Made by a program: the position numbers and the translations under genes. 64,000 nt of DNA from Moniliella sp. 'wahieum' (Eukaryota): positions 1 through 64,000 of the forward strand of contig RSEE01000041.1 of assembly GCA_003971905.1 (NCBI GenBank). The letters are read 5' to 3'. The notes beneath the pieces are model-generated. The model was not told the DNA's origin. It saw only the letters and a program-made list of their open reading frames with translations, and searched no databases. Shown piece by piece: positions 1 through 11,559 of the stretch (its first letter is position 1; the number at the start of each line of letters is the position of its first letter).

Positions 1-21
1 ACCCTAACCCTAACCAACCCT
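1..21. repeat. Probable telomeric repeat remnant, (CCCTAA)n, marking a left chromosome end
   Basis: Window begins ACCCTAACCCTAACC, followed by degenerate AACCCT. Only about 2.5 units are visible, but position and orientation (C-rich strand at the 5' end) fit a TTAGGG telomere. Confidence 0.7.
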
Positions 22-1666
22 GTGGGTTTTCAAATGCGGGGGGGCGCGGGCTCTGGCAGCTCTGCCGCACGCTATCGACATGGAATATGGACCGGGGACC
101 AGAGGGTCGAGGTCCTCTTCTTCTTATCCTTTGATTTGATCGACGATCGACGCTCTGCAAGCTTCAATGCCTGCAATGGTCGCTGTCTGCCACGGTGTCC
201 ACCGTCCACCTGTCTGCACCCATCATGCATCATGCATCAAGAGATATATGGTGGTGGTTGGCAGTGAGTTTTGCCCAGTATAATATACCTCAGGGTCTCC
301 TCGGTCCGTTTCCCTCCCCGCTGGCACATTCCTAGTCACTTACAGGCCAAAACCAATGAAATGAATAACCCCACCGGGCGCGCGGCGCTTGTCCCCCGTC
401 CCACCACCGCGCTACACACACGGTTGTGCATGGTGGCTGATGCAGATGTGCCAGTGCGGTGCATACTTGAAGCTTGAAGAGCAAAAACGATTTCTTGCGG
501 TTCGATGGCTGTGGGTCTGCGACGTGTGACCACCGTTGGGCATTAGTATATCAGTCTGAATGCATGGTGGCCCCATCGGTTACGTGGTGTGATCATGTGA
601 TGCTCAGTGGGGGGAATGCAGGGCACACGATACGTCGGGCGTGTGGGAGGGTGTGGACACGTTGCGGGTTGAGTACGTTGAGTACTGAGTACGTGTGCTG
701 ATGCAATGCAACTGATGAGGCGGACTGGGTACTAGTGCGGAAGCTTGAAGGTTGCCACGTTGGCGATAGAGTGTTATAACCATGTTACGTTGATCAGGTC
801 GATCAGGTCCATACAGGGGAGCACAGATCACATGATCTGTCACATGTCCCACCAGCGATCCGCTTAGATCAACACCAGTGAACGAATGCTTCTACGCGCC
901 GGTGCCTGTGGTGCCGGCGGACACCCACACATCCTCGTGCGGTCGAACGCCGATGAAACGATGGACAGATGTCGCCGAAGTCACTAGGCCACTAGTCACT
1001 AGTTCACTGGTCGCTGTGGCACTAACGTTGCACACTGGTGTGTGGCTAGGCCCTGTGGCCGGTGGCGACGGAGAGACCGCGACGGACATGGGGGCTGTCC
1101 CTCCCTCTATCCTAACCGGTAGCCGTTCCTGCCCCATCCTCAGGGGCTATTAGCTAGTGTGGGTGTGGGTGGGCCTCGGGGGTTTCCTGTTGCTAGGCTG
1201 TCGTCTGGCGTCTGGGCTGGCCGCTGTGATCTGACGTCTGACGTGTGACATTGCCCACGAGTGACGAGGGACATGTGACATGTGACGCCGACGCTGCCCA
1301 GCCAAACTTACCCCCTGCGACACTGTCCCCGCGCCAAAGCGGGGCTTGGCATGCCGCACACCGGCGCTGTGCGGTCCAGCCGCCCCATAGGCACGGCGCC
1401 TGTGGCCCCCAGCCCCTGCCCCCCCCAGTGGGCGCAGCGGCGCGCACGGGCGCAGTGCTGTGGCGCGAGTATAATACACCCACTCTGGCCAGACCAGCCT
1501 GCGACTGGTCCATCCCTTCTTACCTCTTAACCCCCTCCCCTCCCCCCACCTTCTTTTGCTCTGCTGCGTGTCCTCTCTCACTCCGCCCGCACCCTCTCTC
1601 CTTCTCCACCTCCACCTCCTCCTTCCCACTCGCCCCGTCCGTCTTTTGCCCACCTTCGTTTCCGCC

Positions 1667-4017
1667 ATGCGCGCCGCAGTCTACGCGACCATCGCTGCGC
1701 TCTGCGCCTGCCGCTCGCCTCTGCCAACCAGGCCCATTCCTCTCCCCACTTTGAGCGCCGAAACAAGCTTCACCCACGCGCTTCCGTCCCGCCCGGCATC
1801 AGCTCGTCCGGCCAAGCCTTTGACGGTCAATCCTTTGACTATGGTGCGTCTCTTTCTTTATCCTTGGTCTTCCTCCAACCGTTTAGGAGCCCCCCCTCCC
1901 CCACGGTGTATATTCCGTATACTGACGACGGTTGGATGGGTTTGCAGTGATCGTCGGTGGTGGTACTGCCGGTTTGACGGTTGCCAGCCGCTTGGCCCAG
2001 AACAGTTCCGTCACCGTGGCTGTGATTGAAGCTGGTATCAGTGGCGAAGGCGACACGACGCTTACCACTCCCAGTGGAATGGTATGTTTTCTCCTCTTGC
2101 ACTCTGCCGTTGTAATCGGAAGAATCAAATGCTGACTGTTCATTGTCTTGCCTCCAAACAACAGCTGTACAACTCGTCCGAACACACCAACAAGGATTGG
2201 GCCGATACTACGGTCAACCAGACTGGTCTGGGCGGACGCGCTATCTACTACCCCCCGGCAAGGTTCTTGGTACGTTGTCTTTCCTCTGATTCATGTCATA
2301 CAGCTTTGACTGACATGCGTGCCTCGGACTTTCTTTTGACTCAGGCGGTTCGAGTGCCATCAATGGTATGTACCTTGTGCGTCAACCTGCCGTGGAGCAA
2401 GAGAGCTGGGCGAACATTGTATCCAGCATCAGTCCGACGGCCAAGACGACCTGGGGATGGGACAATATGTTCGCAGCGATGAAGAAGTCCGAGACGTTTG
2501 ATCCTCCGACAGACGATGTGGTTTCCACCGTGCAGTCTGGTGCGAAAGCCAATGTGCTTCAGTGGAACGCCTCTTCGCACGGTACATCGGGTGGGATCCA
2601 TGCAAGTTGGCCCGCCGTGTCGTTCCCGTCCATTGGAGGGTTTTTGCAAGGTGCTTCTGCCACGCTCAACTTGCCCATCAACAACGACCCTGACAGCGGT
2701 AACAATACCGGACCTTTCCTCAGTACCTCGGCTATCAACCCGTCTAACTGGACCCGCTCCTTCTCTCGCTCGGGCTACGTCGACCCCTACGCGTACCCCA
2801 ACTTGTACATCCTCGTCGGTTACCAGGCTACCAAGATCGTGTTTGACAACTCGTCGCCGCCGCGTGCGACGGGTGTGCAGTTTGCCAGCTCGAGCAAGGA
2901 CAAGGTGCGCCAAGTGAATGCCAAGAAGGAAATTGTCTTGTCGGCTGGTGTGGTGGGCTCGCCGCAGCTGCTGCAACTTTCAGGTGTCGGAGACTCGTCG
3001 GTACTTTCGCCCGTGGGCATCAAGCAGGTGGCCAACGTTCCCGGTGTCGGGTTCCACATGCAAGACCACCTTAGTGGCGCTATCAACTACACTCCTGCTC
3101 CGGGTACCAGTTTGCCAGCTACGTCGATGACGGGTGATGCCAAGACGGACAGTTATGCGAATGCTGCGGTTGCGTATGTGCCAGTTGGTACGGTGACGAA
3201 CAAGGATGAGCTCATTGCCAACATTTCCTCGTCGATTGACCAGTGGGTCGCGGCCTACAAGGCCCCGGCCACGGTGCAGGAAGGCTACCGTGCCGCTCTG
3301 AAGGAACTTACCACCAACATTTACCCCAATGATGCGCCTGCGATTGAGATTCTGTGGTTCATGGCGTTTGGCGGGATCACGGTGCAGTGTGGGTTGCAAC
3401 ACCCTACCTCTCAGGGCTCTGTCAAGATTACCTCGAGCAATGCGTTTGATTTGCCGGCTGTGGACCCTGCCTACCTGTTGAACAAGGTGGATCTGCAAGT
3501 CCTCCGTAACGGGTGCAAGTTGGCGCGGCAGATTGGCGAGTCGGATGCGGTCAAGCCGTATGTGGCTAACGAGACGTCTCCGGGAACGGCGGTGCAGAGC
3601 AACAAGCAATGGAACGCGTTTATCCAGCAAAGCTTTGCGACTGAGTACCATCCCAGCAGTTCGTGCGCTATGATGCCGCTCGAACAGGGTGGCGTGGTGG
3701 ACGACCGACTGCGCGTGTACAACACCCAGGGATTGCGTGTCATCGACGCCTCCGTCCCACCCATCACGTTCTCCCAGCACTTGCTTACGGTTACCTATGG
3801 CATTGCTGAGATTGGAGCCGACTTGATTGCGCAGGACAATGGCGCATCGCCTTCCTCCACTTCGCTCGCTGCACCCACTAGCTCATCTGCCTCTGCCGCC
3901 GCTCACTCCACCGCCGCTTCCTCGTCCAAGAAGGGCAGCCACAGTGGAGCTGGCACTTTGTCCGTCGGCATGCTCTTGCCCCTTGTGCTTGCCGCTGCCA
4001 CGTACCACTTGGCTTAA
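1667..4017 (+). CDS. Secreted GMC oxidoreductase (AA3; glucose oxidase / aryl-alcohol oxidase-like) with Ser/Thr-rich tail and probable GPI signal
   Basis: Signal-peptide-like start MRAAVYATIAALCA. FAD-binding FDY|VIVGGGTAG spans intron 1844-1947; further introns at 2082-2164 and 2270-2344. Motifs GGSSAINGM, EIVLSAGVVGSPQLLQLSGVG and GLRVIDAS; catalytic His pair in EYHPSSSC and SQHL; hydrophobic C-terminus. Single-base frameshifts near 1708 and 2255. Confidence 0.93.
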
Positions 4018-5137
4018 TTCCCTCCCTCCCTCGTCTCTGGCCGCGGCCCCTCTTACTCTTCCGTACACGGTGTGACCGTTCCATTTCCTCCCTCCTCTCA
4101 CTGTCACCCCTCCTCCCCCGTTTGGTCTCTCTTTTTTCTTGCCCTTCTGGCCGGTTCGGGCCTTACTTCTTATCTGTGCCTGGGTGGGGGGATTTAGGAT
4201 TGGTCTCTTGGTTTGACGTTTGCGGGGGCTGATCCTCAATCCCCACCCTAATAACCAGTTTGATCTCGTCCCCCTCCCCTTCCCCAGCCCAAATTTTCGG
4301 TATGCCAGATGTGACGCATGTGACGGTGTGTTGCCAGCCACGGGCCGCTGTGTACTTCAAACCTCTTACTTTCTCCGCTTACCGCTCACGCCCTTTTGTG
4401 TTTGTTCCTGGCCTTTGTCCTTTGAGCGCTTCAGCTTTGGAGGCCATTAGGCCATGGATGAACGACTCTTTTGATGACTGGGATGATTGATGTCGATGAC
4501 CTCGCTCTCCCTCGCCTCCCTTCCCGCCTCTACTGCCCCCACCTCCTCCCCCTTTACTTTGATGGTAGCGACGATTGAAACGACTTTAACTCTCTTTGGG
4601 GTGCGTACAGAGGTACGTGCACCACCGTCCGGGTGCGTGATGCGGTGGTGCCAAGGGCAGAAGATATGCAGGTTGCGGGTGAGAAGTGACTAGTAGTGAG
4701 ATGTGAGATGTGAGATGGCCAGGTGGGCGTCAAGCTTCAAGCCTTCAAATTCAAGCTTCAAGCGTGCAAATTGAAAGTTGAATATGACGTGCGCCCCCGT
4801 GCAGCTGAAGGCTGGCCCCGCACCAACCATTAATCACGAGCGGTGGCTGCGAACCGGGATTGCCACCACCCGAAGCCGGCTGTCGATGCGAGCTGGCACT
4901 CGCCACTACCACTGTGCGCATCCTCTTGTTCGCCCTCGCCCTCGCCCTCACGGTCACCCTCACGGTCACTTGGGCATCCCTCCGCTCCGACTAAGTTTCG
5001 TGCGCGCCCGCTTCCTCGCTGGTTCTGCGCATCGCCTCGTGTCTGTGCCTCGGTTTCCGTTTCCGTTTCCGTTTCGGTGTCGGATCGCTTTCGCTTGCGC
5101 TCCGCTGCTTGCTCCCTGCGTGCACCTTGTCCCCATT

Positions 5138-6622
5138 ATGAGCACGAGCACGAACACAAGCACCAGTCAGCCACCGGCTCGAGCGCGAGATACGCCTCGA
5201 CCTACACGCCCCCGCCACCGTTGGCCGACGTGGCCCTCGTGGCTCCCGGTATCGTGCGTGTCCTGGGTCAGAACCCAGGTAAGTTTACTCTCGAAGGCAC
5301 CAACACTTACCTGCTCTACCCGCCTTCCACCACCACCCCTACCTCCACAACCTCTACCACTCCTGCCTCTTCTCCTGTGCCTGCCGTGCTCATCGATACG
5401 GGCGAGGGGAAAGAGGCCTACACAGCCCTCCTGCAGCGTGTGCTATTGGGGCTGGATACAGCGGATGGACAACCGATTGCACCTGCCTACTTAAGCGACA
5501 TGTACGTTTCCTTCCATTCTCTCCTCCCTCCCCCCTGCGCGCTTGCCTTGCTTGCCCTGCTTGCCCTTGGTGAGGGTGAGGGTGCAGGTGTATGCGTTTA
5601 GGCATGCGGACATGGCATGTGGGAATGGCATGAGGGCTAAGGGCTAAGGATCCCGGAACAGTATCTTGACGCACTGGCACCACGACCACGTGAATGGTTT
5701 GGCGGCCGTGTTGCAGCTCAACCGTGCGCTGCACCCAAGCACGCCCGCGCCCGGATCCATAAACTGCGCAACCCACACACCGATCCTAGCTTGGTCCAAA
5801 GGCAGCTTGCGTCCCTCCCTCCCGGGCTCTTTTCCCGCCTACCGAGTCTGGGTCGGGGGCTGGGTCGGGGTCGGGGTCTCTGCTCGGGACCCAGTCCGAG
5901 CCCGAGTCCTCGTCCCAAGTCACAGTGGAAACGGCGATTCACCCGCTGGTGCACCAGACCAACGTAACGTTGTCCCCTTACTTTTCACAGCGGGGCAGCG
6001 GGCCGATTCAGGTACTGCACACGCCCGGCCACACAGTGGACCATACCTGTCTGCTATGGGAGAGCAGCGGGTCGAGGTACATGTTCTCGGGCGACCATGT
6101 TCTGGGAGCCGGGACGAGTGTGTTTGAGGATCTGGGGGCGTACATGGTGAGTCTGGAGGTATGCGAGCGAGCGCTGGCCAAGCAGGAGCAGAAGCAGGAG
6201 ACGGAGCAAGGGCGGGGGGGGACGCAGCTGTTGCCAGGCCATGGGCCGGTGGTGCAAGATGGACTGGGGCTGGTGCGGGAGTACCACGCCCACCGGCTGG
6301 CGCGGGAGAAGGAGGTGGTCTCGGCGCTGCGTGCTCAGGGGGAAATGACGCTGGAGGAGCTGGTGCAGACGCTGTATGCGGCGTACCCGCCGAGCCGTGG
6401 GCGGCGGCAGGGCGTGGGCTGTGGCTGCACCTGCGCAAGCTGGCGGATGGGCCGGCGGCGACGCGTGCGGCGTATGGCGGCACAGTGGCGGCTGTGGGCG
6501 GCGGGCTGGGGCGCGAGGCGAGCGAGGCGCTGGAGACGCCCGAGACGCTGTCCAGGGCCGTGGCGGAGCGCATGGCGGCGCAGCTGGGCCGCTCCCGCTG
6601 GCGGGGAGGCGTAGACTGCTGA
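5138..6622 (+). CDS. Metallo-beta-lactamase fold hydrolase, LACTB2-like
   Basis: VRVLGQNPGKFTLEGTNTYL, VLIDTGEG, intron about 5502-5661, THWHHDH (HxHxDH), HTPGHTVDH, FSGDHVLG, LLPGHG. Several frameshifts; ends approximate. Confidence 0.88.
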
Positions 6623-6825
6623 AATCCATCCTGCATCTGCATCTTATCTATCGGCGGGGGGGCAGTCTCCCGTGCGTCCACCCCACTTGGGCCGCGGCAG
6701 CACCAGCCAGCAGGGGGGCACTGTTGGCCCGCAATCAGCAATCAATTAATCAGTCACGCGTTAGTCACGAGCCATCCACAATCAGTAGCCACACCACCTG
6801 CCAGGGGGTGGGTTGGGTTGGGTAG

Positions 6826-6903
6826 CCCACCACCACTACCACCACCACTACCACCACCCCACCACACCACCACCACCACCACCACCACCACACACACCAC
6901 CAC
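6826..6903 (+). repeat. (CCA/CAC)n microsatellite immediately upstream of the transporter ATG
   Basis: Directly visible CACCACCACTACC... tract ending 18 nt before ATG 6921. Confidence 0.9.
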
Positions 6904-6920
6904 TCTCTCCACCCCACGCC

Positions 6921-8973
6921 ATGGCCGAGCAGCAGCCGCTCAAGCCCAGCCGCCCCCCCGCCTACGGCGCCACCTCCGCCTCCACCTCCACCTCCACCCC
7001 GCCAAGCGCCCCCCCCCGCACCCGCTACGCCGCCTACGCCTCCTCCATCACCCTCCGCCAGGGCTACTCCCAGCCCCCCGGCGGCCAAGCCAGCCTCTTC
7101 TCCTCCATTGCCAACCTGTGCAACACCATTGTCGGCAGTGGCATTGTTGCCACCCCCCACGCCTGCGCTGCCGTTGGCATCGTGCCTGGTGTCCTGCTCA
7201 TTGCTCTGTGCGGCGCCACCTCCCTCTTGGGTCTCTACCTTCTCACCCGCTGTGCCGCCCGGATCGGCGGCACACGTACCAGTTTCTTTGCTGTGGCTAG
7301 CGCGACGATGGCGCCTGGCAGCTGGGACGTGCGTCGGTTGATCGACGGGGCGATTGCGATCAAGTGCTTTGGTGTGTCGATTAGTTACCTTCTCATCTCG
7401 GGCCAGCTTATGCCTCAGGTCGTGCTTGGTCTCGTACGTATCTGGGGCACTGTACCGCCCGAGTCGGTGCCGGCTGCGCTGTACATGCGCCAATTCTGGA
7501 TCTTGTTCTGGCTGCTCCTCCTTGCCCCACTCACCTTTCTCCGCCGCCTCGACTCGCTGCGCCACACCTCCTATCTCAGGTACGTACCCCCCCTCTCCCC
7601 CCTGCCCCTGCCCCTGTCTCTATGCCTGCACTGCACTTCGCCCTTATACGGCACCCTTGCTGACCTTGTTTTCGAACGTAGTTTCATGGCGGTGTGTTAC
7701 CTGGTGGTCATTGTGGTCTACTACTTCTTTTCGCCGCCTGTCTTCTGTCCAGGCGCCGGGGCACGTGCAGACGTTGATTCAGCAGCTCTCCACCCCACCG
7801 GTCAAGCAGGACTGGAAATGGTTCAACATGGACCGCCATTTCCTGAATGTGTTCCCTGTGTACGTCTCCTTCCTGTTGGACCCGCTGAGCACCTGCCAGG
7901 TGATGGGTGGGAGCTTGGGATGGAATTGGGATTGGGGTTGCGGTTGCGGTGGGGTTGGGTCGCCAGTTGGTGCGATTGATCTGGGCAATTGGGCTAACGT
8001 GTAAGATCAGGTTCGTGTTGCGGTTTACATGTGGGCAAAATGTGTTTGCGGTGTACAATGAGTTGCAGCAGCCTACAGAGGCGCGGGCTCAACACGGTAT
8101 TGGGCACATCGATTGGTGTTGTAGGGGGGGACTGTACCAGTTGGTCGCCGTACTGGGTTACATGACATTTGGTTCGGCCGTCAGTACCAACATCATTGCT
8201 TCTTACCCTTCCAATTCGCTATTCGTCTGTGGTGGTCGTCTGGCTATTGTCGCTCTCACCCTCATGGGGTACCCTTTACAAGTGCACCCTTGCCGCGCGT
8301 CGTTGGATAAGATCCTTTCGCGTCACCCTGGCACGCCTCCCCCTCCCTCCCCCTCTACTTCTGCTTCCTCACCGGGGCCGACCGATGCTGAAGCGCAAGC
8401 GGCCGGCGCTACGTCCGGCTCGGTCCTGCGCGGGGACTGGGCCGCGGGCGAATCGGGGCTGGGCATGGCCACGCCTACACTGAGCATGGTGACAACTGCT
8501 TCGGTGGCTGTTGTGCATGAGGAGATGGGTTTGGGGAAATGGGTAGTGCTTACCTCCTCATCCTCCTTGGTGGCGGTAGCATCGCATTGGTAGTAGAAGA
8601 CTTGTCTACGATCTTGTCCTATGTCGGCGCTGTGGGATCGACCAGTGTCTCGTTCATCTTGCCTGGTCTACTGTACTGGCGGTTGTTCCGGTTTGCTGAC
8701 CCGGTGGACGAGACGCTGGATGGTGCGGTCAAAGTGTTGGAGGACGAGGAGGACGACGACGATCAACAAGTTCAAGATCAAGTGCAAGACCAAGAGGAAG
8801 ACCAAGAGGAAGATACAGAGGAAGAGAGCGAGGAGAAGGCGAAAGAGTTACAGGCGCGTCGGGTGACCCGACGTCGTACGGTAACTTCAGCTTTGATCTT
8901 GAGTGGGTGGGGCGTGTTGGTCCTGTGCGTCTGCTTGACAGCCAACATCCACAAAGCCTTGTCCCAATCCTAA
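6921..8973 (+). CDS. Vacuolar amino acid transporter, AVT5/6/7-like (Aa_trans family)
   Basis: SSIANLCNTIVGSGI, AIAIKCFGVSISYL, LRRLDSLRHTSY, FTCGQNVFAVYNEL, GYPLQVHPCRASLDKI, VGAVGSTSVSFILPGL. Multiple hydrophobic segments, introns and frameshifts. Confidence 0.9.
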
Positions 8974-9309
8974 TCCTAATCCCAATCGTACTCCCCCCAT
9001 CATAACCGGTACCCGAGAACCGGTAGCCCCACCTGTCCCTCTCGTGCTTTTTCCGTGCCTTTTCTTTTCTTGGGGGTTTTCGTTTGCCTCCTTGGTCAAA
9101 CTCATTCTTGCCTTGTCTTGTTACCTTGCCTTACCTTGGTCCCTGCATTTCTTCCCCCTTGCTTCCCTAGAAAGGGTAACCGGTAACCGGGTAACCCTTT
9201 TCCGGCCTCCCCTTTCTTCCCTTTTTTTCCCTCCCCTTCCTCCCTTTGGCCCTTCCTCCCTCCCACCCATCCACTTGCGCTTTATTTTTCCCACCCCCCG
9301 GGCCCTGGC

Positions 9310-9850
9310 TCCTATTCGGTTCCTATTCGGTTCCTATTCGGTTCGGATGCTGTCGCTTGCATTGTCTGCCTCTTCAGACCTCGGTCTCACGTGCAAAGAC
9401 AAGACGGTGAGCCGGACTGGACTGGACTGGACTGGACAGCTGTGGGTAACACCCTTCTCCCCCCCCCCCCTCGAACGCGCCCTCGAACGCCCCCTCGAAC
9501 GCCTGCAATGACACGTCACACTGCCCGACTCTACCTCCTGACCGGCTGACCTCTGCTCCTTGACCGGTACCGATGACCCAAGCGAGCGACGGACCATAGA
9601 TAGGCGCATAGGGCAGCTACAACCCAACGCCTCAACCCGACACGACACAATACAACACAAAATAGGACACGACACAATCACTGCAAACCAAGCCAAGCAA
9701 GCCAAAAAGAGCAATAGCAAGCGAGTGTCTAGGAGGATAAGAAGGGTACAAAACCTGGTACAACTGGTACAACCAACCTGGTACAACCTGGTACAACCTG
9801 GTACAACCTGGTACTGCCTGGCAGTACAACCCGGTACAGTCTGGTACAGG
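9310..9850. repeat. Cluster of short tandem repeats between convergent genes
   Basis: (TCCTATTCGGT)x3 at 9310-9342, (ACTGG)n at about 9416-9436, 12-bp CCCTCGAACGC-containing units x3 at about 9468-9503, (AACCTGGTAC)n at about 9752-9850. Confidence 0.85.
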
Positions 9851-9859
9851 ACACGCAGC

Positions 9860-11527
9860 ATTCAAAGCGAACGCGCCAGGGGCACAGCGCACCTGGCGCA
9901 CCAGCGGAACCGAACCGCGTAACCGGATCAAACTGGAGCGGTGGAGATGGGGAACTCCCGCTGGACGCTAACTAGGTGGCGTTGCGCGGCCAAAAGATCT
10001 GCGACGGAGTCAGACTGGTGGGATGGTGGGACTGGGGAGGCCAGTGGTAAGACCAGTGGTAAGACCCGTGGTAAGACCCGTGGTAAGACCAGTGGTAATA
10101 CCAGTGAACTGACCAGAGGGGTGATCGACAGTGGTAAGACCAGTAGTAAGGCCAGTGGGGAAGCTGGTGGGAGGGGGCAACTGGGGAGCTGGGCGTAACC
10201 CCTGTGGAGCCAAATAAGCGTACGTGGACAACCACGTTTGGACATTAGCGTGGTGAGCGCGTTGCAAATCCAGTTCCAAAACGCGTGCGCGGAGGGAAGC
10301 TTGCACGACCGCCAGTCTAGTGCTCGGCATATCTTGTTCGACCACCGCAATGTGCTGTGCAATACGGTCGCGCGTCACTTTGCTCAGTGGCGCAGCTAGG
10401 CCCAAGAGCTGGCCACGGCGGTACAGCGTATCCAATGCTGCGTGTGCGCGGGAACATGCGTCCCGCGAAAGTGTCGTACGCGCTACCAGGCCGCTACGTA
10501 GCTCGTCACGTGGGTGTAGAGCGTAGGACCGAGCGGCGCGTTGGTCCAGTCGGTACTGGTGGACGTACCGGTCGTGTGGGTGGAGTTGGTACCGGAAGTA
10601 GCGGGAAAGGTGTCAAGGGTAGAGTGCGAGTCTACCTGTTCGTCCGTGCGTTGGGAACGAATACGAGCGAGGAGTTGGTCCTGGGTGCTGAGGAGGTGGT
10701 CCACGTGCCGCACCCCAGCCCAGCGGTAGGAAGCGACCAAGTTGATCAGGTGAACCCAGCTGTCCCGCTCGTGTGTTGGCGCAGAAGAGAAACGAGTAGC
10801 GTGCGACGACCATCGTACAACTGGAACGTATGTGGCGCATCGGACGCTTGCACATACGCCACTCCCGACGCCAAGTTGGTCACTTCGTCCGGCACGGGCA
10901 TCGCCGTCGGCGTCGGGGCCGTACCGGACGCACCAGCCGTACCGGACGCACCAGACGAACCGGACGCACCAGACGAACCGGGGGAATGGAAGAGCGGAGG
11001 AAAGACTGGAGCAAATCAGGATCGCGGTACCAGAGCAACTGGGACGCAGTCAAGACTGCACCCCAAGCACCCCAAGCACCCCAAGCACGTTGTTTTTATC
11101 TTTATCTTCCTTTCTTTGCGTCGTACAGGACCGAGCTTGACCAGTCGCACCCACTCTTCGTCGACGTGCAACGCGCTGCCCGCGACGCCGACTTGTGACG
11201 GACCAGGTACCGGCCCACCAGACCCACCTACTGTACCTTGCATCCGGCACGTCGGGGCCGTGAGGACCGCGGTGCGAAGCACTTCCTCGTCGTACCCTGT
11301 AGGGAGGGAAGGTGCTTCCCCCCATGTCACAGAGAGTTGGAGTGAAGTCAGGTCGGCTTTGTGGTTGTGTTTGGGCAGGAGAAGCGGGTACGGGTCGACG
11401 CATTTGCGTCCTGGTCCGGTCTTGTCCCGCCGCGGCGCACGCGTACTGTCCGCATAGACAAATTCACATGCCGTCGTGTTGTCGTAAAAGTACTAGAGAA
11501 GAAACAAAGAAACAAAGAGAGAAACAA

Positions 11528-11559
<32 letters not shown>

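Noticed and set aside
2980..3780. Long antisense ORFs over the GMC gene (and similarly over tubulin and chitin synthase)
   Set aside because: Expected shadows of GC-rich codon usage, with no independent protein signal.
1667..8973. Possible subtelomeric metabolic gene cluster (oxidoreductase, hydrolase, transporter)
   Set aside because: No backbone enzyme or shared pathway. LACTB2-like and AVT-like genes are ordinary housekeeping families.
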